The notes under the pieces: model-generated | Told to the model about the DNA's origin: nothing | Databases searched by the model: none | What the model saw: the letters and a program-made list of their open reading frames with translations, nothing else | Position numbers and translations under genes: made by a program | Source: Bryobacteraceae bacterium | GTDB lineage: Bacteria > Acidobacteriota > Terriglobia > Bryobacterales > Bryobacteraceae | Direction: 5' to 3' | Assembly: GCA_036406715.1 (NCBI GenBank) | Contig: DASXAK010000024.1 | Location: 1,617-65,616 of the forward strand | Length of the DNA stretch: 64,000 bases | Part shown: positions 36,187 to 48,063 of the stretch, one piece after another | Numbering within the stretch: the stretch's first letter is position 1 | How the letters are laid out: the number at the start of each line of letters is the position of its first letter

Positions 36187-37206
36187 TTACGCCAACGCCA
36201 GCGCCTCGCGCAGTCCGGGGTCGTGGCGCACGCGCCAGATCCGGCTGTCGAGATAGTAGTGCGTCAGCCCAAAACCGCAAAAGAAACCGAATGCCAGATT
36301 CGACACGTTGCCGAGGTGAAATCCCGGAATGCGATAGGCCGCACTGAAGACCAGCGCGATCGCCGCATACGCCAGCAGGCTCCGGCTCACCGCCGCCGGG
36401 ATCCGTCCGTGCCGGCCTTCATTGCCCGACAGTCCATATCGGTTGCGATTGTGAAACCAGATCAGCGCATGGTATTGCAGGTTGTGCACAATCGTCACCG
36501 TCGGCGTGGCCGCCTGCCAACTCAAGTACGCGAAGGTGAGCCAATGCAGGGGAATGACGGAGAAAAGCAGCAGGTACTTGGGAATGTTGAAAGAGTCGCC
36601 GGCGCGCCACCGGAGCACCTGCCGTGCGAAGTAGACGGCCGCGGTCACGCCAATGACAATCCAGCCGGGCGTTTCCCAGCGCGCGAGTGAAAACGGCAGC
36701 CCCAGTTCCTCCGGATGATGGATAAAGAACCGGTGAAACGGAGGAAAGACCAGCATGATTCCGAGGAAGGCGCGATCGAGCGTGTTGTCGAGCGGCCGCA
36801 GATCGCGGCCCTTTACCTTGTACAAAACCAGGAAGCCGTAATGCTGGCGCATCACGTGGTAGTAGGCCCACACGGCCACCAGCAGCGCGAGATACCCGCG
36901 CCATCCCACCAGCACCATCGCCGGCCCGAGCAGGAAGAAGAAAAGCAAGCTGCCGAATAGCAGACGCGAGTGGCGCTGGCGCGCTTCGCGATCGAAGAAC
37001 GTCCGGGACGCCGTTCCGAAGATATGGGTGCCATCAAAACCGAGCGACCAGAACCACCACAGAAACGAACTCGGCAGATGCACGACTGTGAAGAGACCCA
37101 GATACAGGTAGCCCGCGAGACTGCCACCGATGATCAGTGACAAATCGATTCGCCGTCCGATGATCCACGGCGTTTCCGTGCGCGGTATGGGTTGGGCAGC
37201 GGTCAT
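36187..37206 (-). CDS. Polytopic membrane protein with His-rich motifs, unknown function
   Basis: About 8 TM helices. Motifs: YYHVMRQHYG, HNLQYHALIWFHNR and HYYLDSRIW. Start trimmed to ATG 37206 to avoid overlapping the divergent gene. Confidence 0.6.
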   Translation of the reverse strand: MTAAQPIPRTETPWIIGRRIDLSLIIGGSLAGYLYLGLFTVVHLPSSFLWWFWSLGFDGTHIFGTASRTFFDREARQRHSRLLFGSLLFFFLLGPAMVLVGWRGYLALLVAVWAYYHVMRQHYGFLVLYKVKGRDLRPLDNTLDRAFLGIMLVFPPFHRFFIHHPEELGLPFSLARWETPGWIVIGVTAAVYFARQVLRWRAGDSFNIPKYLLLFSVIPLHWLTFAYLSWQAATPTVTIVHNLQYHALIWFHNRNRYGLSGNEGRHGRIPAAVSRSLLAYAAIALVFSAAYRIPGFHLGNVSNLAFGFFCGFGLTHYYLDSRIWRVRHDPGLREALALA

Positions 37207-37235
37207 CGGCAGGGGGACACTGACTATAATAGTGC

Positions 37236-37721
37236 ATGCCAGAACCTCTCGCACTCTCTCTTCAACAAGCCGTCGATCGCGAATACGCTCTGCTGAAAGC
37301 CATCGCAGAGAGCGATACGGGCGTGAAGCCGGCGCCGGGTAAATGGTCTCAGAAGGAAGAGCTCGGGCATCTCGTCGATTCCGCGGCCAATAACCACATG
37401 CGTTTCGTGCGTGCCTCGCTCGAGCTTACTTTTCGTGGCCCGGGCTATCAGCAGGATGCGTGGGTGAGCCTGCACGGCTACCAGGAGATGCCGTGGGCGG
37501 ACCTGCTCGAATTCTGGAGGCGCTACAACCTGTTCCTCGCAGGCCTGGTCCGCCGGATTCCGGAAGAGTTTCTGGAGCGCGAGTGCGTCGTCGGTGGAAG
37601 CCGGCCGGTGACGCTTCGATTCCTGATTGAGGATTACATCTTGCACATGCAGCACCACCTCGACCACATCCTGAAGCGCGAAACGATCCGGCAATATCCC
37701 GGCGCGGCGATAGGCGTGTAG
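37236..37721 (+). CDS. DinB_2-like protein
   Basis: GHLVDSAANNHMRF ... LHMQHHLDHI His-triad pattern. TATAAT lies 5 nt upstream of the ATG. Confidence 0.75.
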   Translation: MPEPLALSLQQAVDREYALLKAIAESDTGVKPAPGKWSQKEELGHLVDSAANNHMRFVRASLELTFRGPGYQQDAWVSLHGYQEMPWADLLEFWRRYNLFLAGLVRRIPEEFLERECVVGGSRPVTLRFLIEDYILHMQHHLDHILKRETIRQYPGAAIGV

Positions 37722-37733
37722 CCAGCCGCTGCC

Positions 37734-40166
37734 CTACTCGCGCAGCGCTTCGATCGGATCCACACGCATCGCACGCCACGCTGGAACGTAGCTCGCCAGC
37801 ATCGCAACCGCGAGGAACAGCGCGGCGCTGGCTGTGAACGCCGGCGGGTCGGTAGCGCTCACATGATAGAGTTCGCTGGTCAGAAGCCGTGTGACTGCCA
37901 GCGAACCGGCCACCCCGATGGCGATTCCGGCCAGCGCCATTCCGAGCCCCTGCCGCAGCACCAACTGCAGGATATCGGCGCGCTGCGCACCGAGCGCGAT
38001 GCGCACACCCAACTCTCCCGTACGCTCGGCGACCGAGTAGGCGATCACGCCATAAATCCCCACCAGCGCCAGCAGCAGAGCAGTCCCGGAGAGAGTGCCG
38101 AGCAAGACGGTGGTGAACCGCGGTTGCGCCGCCGCCGCGTCGAGGAGTTCCTCCATCGTCTGCACCTGCGTGACGGGTTGATCGCGATCGGTAGCCAGCA
38201 CGCGCTCACGCACTGCCTTCGTCAGGAGGCGTGGGTCGCCGTCTGCCCGCACGATCAGGTTCATGAACGCCCACGGCAGTTGCGCGTACGGCAGATAGAT
38301 CTCGGGTTGCGTCTCGGCGGCCAGGCCGACGTTGCGGACATCGCCAAGCACGCCCACAACCTCCACTGGATTGGTCTGCCGCCCCAGCCAGATGTGCTTT
38401 CCGATCGGATTTTCATGCGGCCAGAAGCGCCGTAGCGCCGTTTGATTCACCAATGCCACGCGAGAGTCCTTTGCGCCGTCGTGCTCAGTGAAACCGCGCC
38501 CGCGCAGAAGGGGAACGCGCAGCGCCTCGATGTAACCCGGTGTGAATGTCTGGATATTGAACAAGGGGCGTTGGGCCAGCGGCACTGCGGGCTGCCCTTC
38601 GGCCAGCGCCGGCGAGAACCGGTCGGGATTGGCCGGCAATGCCGACGCCACAGCCGCGGCGCGAACCCCCGGCAGGCTGCGCACGCGCGGCAACAGGTCA
38701 TCGAAAAACGCGATCATTCGCGGCCCGTTCGCATATCGAGCAGGCGGCAGCGTGATGTTCATCGTCAGCAGATTGTGAGGATCGAACCCCGGCGGAGCGT
38801 TCCGCAACTGGACGAAATTGCGGAGCAGCAAGGCGGCGCCGATTAGCAGGATCGTCGAGAGCGCCACCTGCCCCACGACCAGCAACTGGAGCATCCGGTT
38901 GCGGTGACGGCCGGGCGTGGCGCCTCTTCCTTCGGCGCGCAGCACCACGTTCAGTTGCGGGCGGGACATCTGCAGCGCCGGCGCCAGACCGACCAGCAGG
39001 CCGGCCACGGTGGAGAGCGCCAGCGTGAACAGCAGCACGCGCGGATTGATCGCAATCTCCTGCGCGCGCGGAAGATTGTTCCCCGCCAGCGACACGATCA
39101 GCCGCGTGCCCCACGAGCTCAGCGCCATCCCCGCCGCTCCGCCGGCCAGCGCCAGCATCACACTTTCGGTCAGCAACTGCCGGACGAGATGCCCGCGCGC
39201 CGCGCCCAAGGCGGTACGCACGGCAATTTCCCGGCGCCGCCCGAGGGCGCGCGCCAGCACCAGGCTGGCCGCATTGCCGCAGGCGATCAGCAGCACCAGA
39301 CCAACCGCGCCGAACAGGATCAGCACCGCCGGCCGGTAGTTCGCCACTGTCTCCTCGCTCAAAATTCCAGTGCGCACGATCAGCGACGGATCCGTATCGG
39401 GAAAGCCCGGCCGCTCGCTGCGGTACCGTGCTGCCAGTGCGCTCATTTCCGCTTGCGCCTGCTCGACCGGGACGCCGTCGCGCAGCCGTCCCATGAAGTT
39501 CAAAAATCCCGCTCCGCCCTGCACCTGTTGCGGGGTGGCGAGTTTCAGTTCGACCACGCGCGTAGTCAGCAATTCGAGCTTCGGACCTAGGAAATCGAAC
39601 CGAAACCCGGCGGGCAATACGCCGATGATGAGGTAATCCTTCTGGTCCAGCGTGATGGGCCGGCCGAGCACACCGGGGTCGGCGTGGAAGCGCCTGCGCC
39701 ACAACTGATCGCTGAGAAGCGCCACCAGCGGGCCACCCGGTTGATCCTCCTGCGCGGTGAATCCACGGCCGAGCGCCGGTTGAATCCCCAGCACGGGGAG
39801 AAAATTCCACGTGACGCGCGCCGCCGTGATCTGCTCGGGATCGTCGCGCCCGGTCAGGGTGAACGTTTCGTTGGTGACGGCCGCCAGACCGGCAAACGAG
39901 CGGCTCTCGCGGCTCAATTGCTCGAAGCGGGTCCACGACAGCGGACCTCGGCTCAGGGCCGTTCCTTTTTGGTCCGCCGAGAGCAGCACCAGCCGCTCCG
40001 GGTGAGCATATGGCAGCGGCCGGAGCAGCAGCGCGTCGGCCACGCTGAAGATCGCGGTATTGGCCCCGATGCCCAGCGCGAGGGTCACGACCGCGGCCGC
40101 CGTGAATCCGGGCTGGCGGGCGAATCCCCGGAACGCGAAGCGAACATCCTGGGCGAGGCTCATCAT
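37734..40166 (-). CDS. ADOP-family duplicated MacB/FtsX-type ABC transporter permease
   Basis: N-terminus MMSLAQDVRFAFRGFARQPGFTAAAVVTLALGIGANTAIFSV. Two MacB_PCD plus FtsX halves. Confidence 0.9.
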   Translation of the reverse strand: MMSLAQDVRFAFRGFARQPGFTAAAVVTLALGIGANTAIFSVADALLLRPLPYAHPERLVLLSADQKGTALSRGPLSWTRFEQLSRESRSFAGLAAVTNETFTLTGRDDPEQITAARVTWNFLPVLGIQPALGRGFTAQEDQPGGPLVALLSDQLWRRRFHADPGVLGRPITLDQKDYLIIGVLPAGFRFDFLGPKLELLTTRVVELKLATPQQVQGGAGFLNFMGRLRDGVPVEQAQAEMSALAARYRSERPGFPDTDPSLIVRTGILSEETVANYRPAVLILFGAVGLVLLIACGNAASLVLARALGRRREIAVRTALGAARGHLVRQLLTESVMLALAGGAAGMALSSWGTRLIVSLAGNNLPRAQEIAINPRVLLFTLALSTVAGLLVGLAPALQMSRPQLNVVLRAEGRGATPGRHRNRMLQLLVVGQVALSTILLIGAALLLRNFVQLRNAPPGFDPHNLLTMNITLPPARYANGPRMIAFFDDLLPRVRSLPGVRAAAVASALPANPDRFSPALAEGQPAVPLAQRPLFNIQTFTPGYIEALRVPLLRGRGFTEHDGAKDSRVALVNQTALRRFWPHENPIGKHIWLGRQTNPVEVVGVLGDVRNVGLAAETQPEIYLPYAQLPWAFMNLIVRADGDPRLLTKAVRERVLATDRDQPVTQVQTMEELLDAAAAQPRFTTVLLGTLSGTALLLALVGIYGVIAYSVAERTGELGVRIALGAQRADILQLVLRQGLGMALAGIAIGVAGSLAVTRLLTSELYHVSATDPPAFTASAALFLAVAMLASYVPAWRAMRVDPIEALRE

Positions 40167-40283
40167 CTTCCATTAGACGCCCTGCCGACCGAATCGTGTC
40201 GGAGCTTGCGGGAGGTGGGATCGGAACCGGCTTGTTTTTCCTGGTAATGCTTGTGCCATAATTCGGACCATTAGGAGGACGGG

Positions 40284-41117
40284 ATGAGAATCAATGCCTG
40301 GCGTGCGAGCCTCATCTTGTTTCTTGGCGCCTGCCTGTGGTCGCAAATCGCGCCGAGCGCACCAAACTCTCGACAAGGTGGCACTGCTGCGAACACCGAA
40401 TCGAAATCTCGGCGGCCCGCGCCGCGGCTCTCCGACGGCAAGCCGGATTTCTCCGGCATCTGGATCGGCGGCGGCCCGTTAGCCGATTTAGCTGAGGGTT
40501 TGCCGAAGGGACAAACAATTCCGCTGTTGCCCGCAGCCGCGAAGCTCATGAGTGAGCGGTTCGCAAAAGACGACCCCGAAGCGAACTGCCTGCCAACGGG
40601 CATCCCACGAATCGCGCCCTATCCCTGGACTTTCACGACCGCCCCAGGCAGGTTATATATCCTATTCGAAGGGAACATTCACAGCTATCGGCAAATCTTT
40701 ATGGATGGGCGCTCCCATCCAACAGATCTGAATCCGACGTGGTATGGACATTCGGTCGGCCGCTGGGAAGGGGACACGTTGGTGATCGATACTGTCGGCT
40801 TCAATGACAAGTTTTGGTTCGATTTCCGCGGCCACCCCCATACGGAACGATTGCACACAGTTGAGCGCTACACGCGTCCGGACTACGGAACGCTGGTAAA
40901 CGCGATCACGATCGACGACCCGGGAGCCTATGCCAAGCCTTTCACTGTCACCTTCAGCGCGCACGTGTTTGATGGAGACATTATCGAGTACATCTGTCAG
41001 GAAAACGAACACTCACAGCAACACCTTCGGGGTCCCGCGATCCCACCGACTCCGGAGTTACAGCCGTCGAGCACTCTGTTGCCGCTGAGTCCGAAAGATC
41101 CAACCGGCCCACGGTAG
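40284..41117 (+). CDS. Secreted conserved hypothetical protein
   Basis: Signal peptide and an AGGAGGA SD. No catalytic motif recognised. Confidence 0.65.
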   Translation: MRINAWRASLILFLGACLWSQIAPSAPNSRQGGTAANTESKSRRPAPRLSDGKPDFSGIWIGGGPLADLAEGLPKGQTIPLLPAAAKLMSERFAKDDPEANCLPTGIPRIAPYPWTFTTAPGRLYILFEGNIHSYRQIFMDGRSHPTDLNPTWYGHSVGRWEGDTLVIDTVGFNDKFWFDFRGHPHTERLHTVERYTRPDYGTLVNAITIDDPGAYAKPFTVTFSAHVFDGDIIEYICQENEHSQQHLRGPAIPPTPELQPSSTLLPLSPKDPTGPR

Positions 41118-41129
41118 CCGGAACCGCTT

Positions 41130-41830
41130 TCAGCGAGTTATGCCGGCTGGACAGGCGGCGGGCAGAACTGGCTGCCCACTCAGTTCGCGAAGGTCGTCCA
41201 CCCAGTAATCTGGCTCGAAGCGCGCCAACTCTTCCGGGTCACCATAGCCGTAGCGGACGGCGCAGATTTTGACGCCTGCACGGCGGCCGGCTTGCATGTC
41301 GGGGGCGCTGTCGCCGACCATCAGGCAGTCTTCGGGTTTCGCACCGAGTGCGGCAAGCGCGGTGTGGATCACATCCGGGGCCGGCTTGCACGGAAAGCCG
41401 TCGGTCCCTTGCACGTGGTCGAAGTGCCGCAGCAGGTCGAATTGCTCGAGGACGGCGCGGGTGGTCACGCTGCCCTTCGTGGTTGCGGTGGATTTGCGGC
41501 CGCCGAGCGCCGCCAGGCCCTCGCGCACTCCCGGGAAGACCCGCGTCTTCGCGTGGCCGGCTCCTAAATAAAGAGCGCGGTACTGAGCGATCAGGTCCGC
41601 GGAGATCTCATCCGTGAAGTGCGGTAAGGCATCGCGGAAACATTCGTTCAGGTGCAGACCAACGAAGCTTTTCAGGTATTCGAAATCGCGCGGGAGCGAA
41701 CCGTGAGCGACGAGCACCTGCTGGATCGCGCCGCAGATATCTTCAGCAGAATCCAGCAGAGTGCCGTCAATATCGAACAGATAGACCGGGAACGACGGGA
41801 CTTGTCCGTGCGCCACCCGGACACCCGCCA

Positions 41831-41831
<1 letters not shown>
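41130..41831 (-). CDS. HAD-family hydrolase (phosphoglycolate phosphatase-like)
   Basis: LFDIDGTLLDS motif I and VGDSAPDMQAG motif IV. Start shares a nucleotide with the ftsH stop. Confidence 0.8.
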
Positions 41832-43737
<1,906 letters not shown>

Positions 43738-43738
<1 letters not shown>

Positions 43739-45183
43739 TAGTCCTCCCTACCAACTTCACTACTACCGGATACATTGTTATAGACGCCACCTGCCCCCGG
43801 AACGATTCTCGTTTCTCGAATTCGCAGGGTCGGGGTGTCGGGATCGGCCGCATACTCCTTGGCAGGCCCGAACCGGTGCGCCCACACGATCGATTGGCCG
43901 TCCATCAATACGGGCCAGTGCCGCCGCTCCCAGAGCGGGATCCGGAACTGCTGAAACAGGGTTTTAATCTTCTCGGGTCCCTCAGCACCTTGGGGCTGGT
44001 ATTGATCGCCGGGGCGCCAGTTTCGCATCTCCAGGGGGCCCGCCACGCGATGCCAGTTCACAGCACCCATCGTCCCATTATATACGGAATTCGCTTCGTC
44101 CGAAGTGTCCAATTTTTCAAATACTTCCAGGCATAACTCTAGTTCTGTACCAGGTATACGGAGAATCCCCGGGACGGGTGCCGGAAAACGATAGTTCCGG
44201 GCGGAAAGACCATTGGCGACGGGCCGGGCGAACCGCAGCCACTCAAACGACCGCATGACGTCCACCGCCGGCGCCTGGAGCCGCCCGTGGCCTTCGGTGG
44301 CGAGCGCCATCTTCAAGATTCCATTAACATGATCGAAAACGATCCCGAGCAGGTCTCCGCGGACAGTCTCGATCGCCCGCCGGACTAGGCGACGCGCCGC
44401 CGCCAGCGGGAGCAGTTTGAGACGGGTGGTGTCGAGCAGGACCGAATCTACGCCCGGTACCAGATAACTTTCGGCCAGCCGGCCGATTTCCGCCTCCCAA
44501 TAGCTCTCCTCGGCCAGCGCCCAGTCGGCGGTATGCGCGAGGTTTCGCTCGAAACCCGGGTTCCAGTCGCGAACCAGTTGAGGCAGCAATTCGTGCCGGA
44601 TTCGATTGCGGGCAAAAGTCAGGCTGCGGTTCGTGGAATCTTCCCGCCACGGGATGCCTCGATCGCGGAGAAATTGCACTATTTCGGTGCGGTCGATCTC
44701 GATTAGCGGCCGCACGATCCGGTCCGCCGTCACCGGCCGGATTGCGGAAAGTCCGGCGGTTCCAGCGCCGCGAAGGAACCGGAACAGCACGGTCTCGGCT
44801 TGATCGGAAAGCGTATGGCCGGTCGCCACGCGAGACACGTCTCCGCTGGAAATCGCGTTACGAAAGAGCGAGAGCCGGGCTTCGCGCGCGCTTTGCTCGA
44901 GATTCTCCGACGCTGCCGAAAGATTCGCGTCGTGCCCGGTGAACGGGAGTCCGAATTCGGCCGCGAGCCGTCGGACGAATTCCGCATCTTGCTCGGATTC
45001 GTCGCCGCGCAGCCGGTGGTTAAGGTGCAGGACGCGAAGGTGCAGGTCCCAAAGCGGAGCGAGTTCGCGAAGAACATGGAGCAGACAGACTGAATCGGCG
45101 CCACCCGACACCGCCACCCCGACTTTCTGGCCTGTGTCGAACATGCGATATCGGGCAATCGTCTGCCGGACGCGGTCAACCAC
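43738..45183 (-). CDS. tilS: tRNA(Ile)-lysidine synthetase
   Basis: SGGADS PP-loop. Located upstream of ftsH. Confidence 0.9.
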
Positions 45184-45229
45184 GGTTTCTCCGTTCTCAT
45201 TGTACGCACTGGGTTATCGTAGGAGTTCC

Positions 45230-45772
45230 ATGAATGATGACATCCTGCGGCGCGCCGCGCGCGTGAAGCTCCTGCTGATGGACGTGGACGGCGTCCTCAC
45301 CGACTGCAAGCTGTACTATGTGCCGGATGCGCAGGGACGTATGGTCGAAACGAAGGGTTTCGATGCGCAGGACGGCATCGCGCTGCAGTGGCTCAACTGG
45401 AAGGGGATCCAGACGGGAGTGATCAGCGGCCGCGAGTCGCCCGCGACCGTCGAGCGCGCCCGGCAGGTGAAGATGACGTATGTCTATCAGGGGCACATCG
45501 AAAAGATTCCGATCCTGGAGGAGATTCTCGCCAAAGCGCAGATGGATCGCAGCGAAGTGGCGTATGCGGGCGACGATCTGACAGACCTCGTAATTCTGCG
45601 TCGCGTGGGGCTGGCGATCGCGACCGCCAATGCGCGGGCCGAGGTAAAGCGTGCGGCCCACTACGTGACCGAGGCGCGAGGCGGCTGGGGCGCCATTCGC
45701 GAAGTGGCCGAACTGCTGCTGAAGGCCCAGAACCGTTGGGGCGAGATCCTGACGCACTACGAAGCCGAGTAG
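45230..45772 (+). CDS. kdsC: 3-deoxy-D-manno-octulosonate 8-phosphate phosphatase (HAD-IIIA)
   Basis: LLMDVDGVLTD and AYAGDDLTD motifs. Start trimmed to ATG 45230 behind AGGAG; the track ORF from 44939 overlaps tilS. Confidence 0.85.
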   Translation: MNDDILRRAARVKLLLMDVDGVLTDCKLYYVPDAQGRMVETKGFDAQDGIALQWLNWKGIQTGVISGRESPATVERARQVKMTYVYQGHIEKIPILEEILAKAQMDRSEVAYAGDDLTDLVILRRVGLAIATANARAEVKRAAHYVTEARGGWGAIREVAELLLKAQNRWGEILTHYEAE

Positions 45773-45803
45773 GGGCCGTGTGACAATGGCTTCAGGGACA
45801 GGT

Positions 45804-46022
45804 ATGCGGCGTCTTTTTCAACTGATCGTACCGGTGGGGATTGTTGCCGCCGGATTGCTTTTCAATGCGACCGCCAGTTGGGCGAAACCGGAATATAGCC
45901 GGAAGACCAAAAAAGATTGCAGCTTCTGCCATCCGTCCGATTCCTGGAAGCTGACGGATGCCGGCAAATATTATCGCGAGCACCACTACTCGCTTGATGG
46001 GTACAAGCCACCGGCCAAATAA
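45804..46022 (+). CDS. Small secreted protein with a single CxxCH heme-c motif
   Basis: Signal peptide MRRLFQLIVPVGIVAAGLLFNATASWA, then CSFCH. Alternative starts at GTG 45780 and ATG 45786. Confidence 0.55.
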   Translation: MRRLFQLIVPVGIVAAGLLFNATASWAKPEYSRKTKKDCSFCHPSDSWKLTDAGKYYREHHYSLDGYKPPAK

Positions 46023-46058
46023 AGCAGGCTAAATTTCTCATTGTTCCCCGCGGCCGGA

Positions 46059-47522
46059 CTATTTCTTGGCCGGGGGCTGCTTGTGCACCTGCTCGAAATA
46101 CTGCTCGACGTAACTTTCGAGAGCGGCGGGAATCTCATCACGGCCGATCTCGCCGCCGGCGTCGGTGTGCTGCGCGGAGCGGTCGGCATAAGCGGTCCGA
46201 AGCTGCTGCACGGTCGACTGCACCTCAACGGTGGCTTCACCGCTGAGGTTGGCCGAGCGTTTGCCGATGATCTGGCTGATCTTTCCCATTGCGGCTAGTT
46301 GTTCGGCCTGCTTGAGATCCTTGGCGCCGTCGCGGTTGCCGACGCCACCGCCAGGCTGCTTGTTGGACGGCTGCGCGTCATTGCCCTGGCCGGGCGAGTT
46401 TTCGGCCTGCTGAGACTCGTTGCTGAGATCGGGATCCTGCTCTTCACCACCGGCCTGCCCGTTGGCCTTTTCGCCCTTCTGCTGCTTGCCCGCGTTTTGC
46501 TGGCCTTTCTGCTTGCTGTTCTGCTGGGACGCTTGCTGCTGCTGTTGCTGCGCGTTGTTGCCGGAGGGCTGCTGCTTCATGCTGGACAGCAGATTCTGCA
46601 CCGCATCGCGCATTTTGCTCAGCAGGCTGGAGCTGTTAGAGCTGTTCGAGTCCTTTCCGCCGGATTGCTGGTTTTGGCTGTCCTTCGCGTCGCCGGGACG
46701 GTTGGAGTTCTCATCGTCGGAGGCACGCTCCTGGCCCTGGTTTTGCTGGTCATCGCCGTTATTGCCATCGGCTTTGGCGTCTTGATCCTTGGAGTTCTTC
46801 TCGGTGGGCTTGGCGGAATTGTTCTGATCGTTGGATTCCTCGAGCGGATCGCCGGCCTGGTTTTGGTCGTCCTGAGGGTTCTGTGCTTCGAGCGGGCTGT
46901 CATTGTCGTCCTGCGGGATCTCGCCGGGCCGAAGATTCTTCCTCTCGGGGACGCTCGCCTTTTGCGGGCGATCGAGACCGAGCGCGTCTTGCAGGATGCG
47001 GGCCATGGGCGCGGTCAGGTCGAGACGCCGCGTGAGACCGTAACGGAGCGCGAACAAACTGGAGGCCACCAGGATCAGGGCCACCATCGCGTAGATTGAC
47101 CGGGGCAGTGTGAACGGAATGGCGCGCCGCACATCCAGACCCACGGCAATCTGTTCGGCCTGGTCGAGTTGCCGGCGGCGAATCTCGGCGGGAGCCCGGG
47201 AAGCGCCCTCGGTGTTGAAATAGATCGCCGTCGAGAGCGCGTCGGCCAGATGCATCCGGCGGTCGACGATCTGCGCGGAAACGTAGAGCGGCGGAACCTG
47301 TTTGCGAACGCGGTAAAGCGCCACCGCGAAAGTGACGGCTGGAATGAGAATGACCCAATACCAGTTGAGGATCTCGGTTCCCAGGACCAGCAGGAGGATG
47401 AACGCGGACAAGGCCGCACAGACAGCGATCACACCCTGAGACAACAGTTGGTTGTACAGGAGCCGCCGCCGGGCGTTCCGGATCAGTGCCAGCACAGTCC
47501 GTCCTCTTGAAGTAGCGCGCAC
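46059..47522 (-). CDS. Membrane protein (DUF4175-like) with a long Q/N/D/K-rich low-complexity region
   Basis: Two N-terminal TM helices, about 200 aa of low complexity, and a conserved C-terminus. GTG start. Confidence 0.65.
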   Translation of the reverse strand: MRATSRGRTVLALIRNARRRLLYNQLLSQGVIAVCAALSAFILLLVLGTEILNWYWVILIPAVTFAVALYRVRKQVPPLYVSAQIVDRRMHLADALSTAIYFNTEGASRAPAEIRRRQLDQAEQIAVGLDVRRAIPFTLPRSIYAMVALILVASSLFALRYGLTRRLDLTAPMARILQDALGLDRPQKASVPERKNLRPGEIPQDDNDSPLEAQNPQDDQNQAGDPLEESNDQNNSAKPTEKNSKDQDAKADGNNGDDQQNQGQERASDDENSNRPGDAKDSQNQQSGGKDSNSSNSSSLLSKMRDAVQNLLSSMKQQPSGNNAQQQQQQASQQNSKQKGQQNAGKQQKGEKANGQAGGEEQDPDLSNESQQAENSPGQGNDAQPSNKQPGGGVGNRDGAKDLKQAEQLAAMGKISQIIGKRSANLSGEATVEVQSTVQQLRTAYADRSAQHTDAGGEIGRDEIPAALESYVEQYFEQVHKQPPAKK

Positions 47523-48063
47523 GACTTCAGGAACGGTCGTACTCCTGAAGAACGAGTCGTTCTCATCCTATCATTTTCCGGCGATTGCTGGTTTCCCAAG
47601 GGTAACGGTACCCACAGGCCAAATTTGTCAATTGTTTAGAATTGAGGGCATTGCAGGCCGCAATGCGAAGGCTGACGAGGATCTACCGGGCGCGCGCGAA
47701 TCGATGGCTCCTCTTGGCGGCCGCCGCCGCTGCCCAAACACGAGACTTCCGCTTCCCATCCTGACCGTGCCGTTCGCGGTCCACACGCATCGAGACGTCC
47801 ACACCGAGCAGGAGACGCTTTACACCGGATACCAAAAGTTCCAAGCGGATTCCCGCATTCTGGAAACACCGGGAGAGACCGGCGGCACCCCGCGGCGACG
47901 CCAGCCCTGACGTTGAAGGAGGGAATCGCGTTTTCGAGATCGGCTTCCGAGAAAAGCTGTGGCCGGCGGGCTGTGCAATCCAAAACACAGCGTATAATGA
48001 ATGTCATTTTAGAGGCGCCGCACTCATTCCAAGTTGCGAATCCGACTGGCTGAAGGAGGGACG

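Noticed and set aside
38698-40173. 491-aa alternate-frame ORF within the ADOP permease gene
   Set aside because: Arg/Ala/Gly-rich nonsense frame. The 810-aa frame has the canonical ADOP N-terminus and FtsX helices.
44939-45229. Upstream extension of the kdsC ORF (track start 44939)
   Set aside because: It overlaps the tilS coding region on the opposite strand. The KdsC homology begins at ATG 45230, which has an AGGAG SD.
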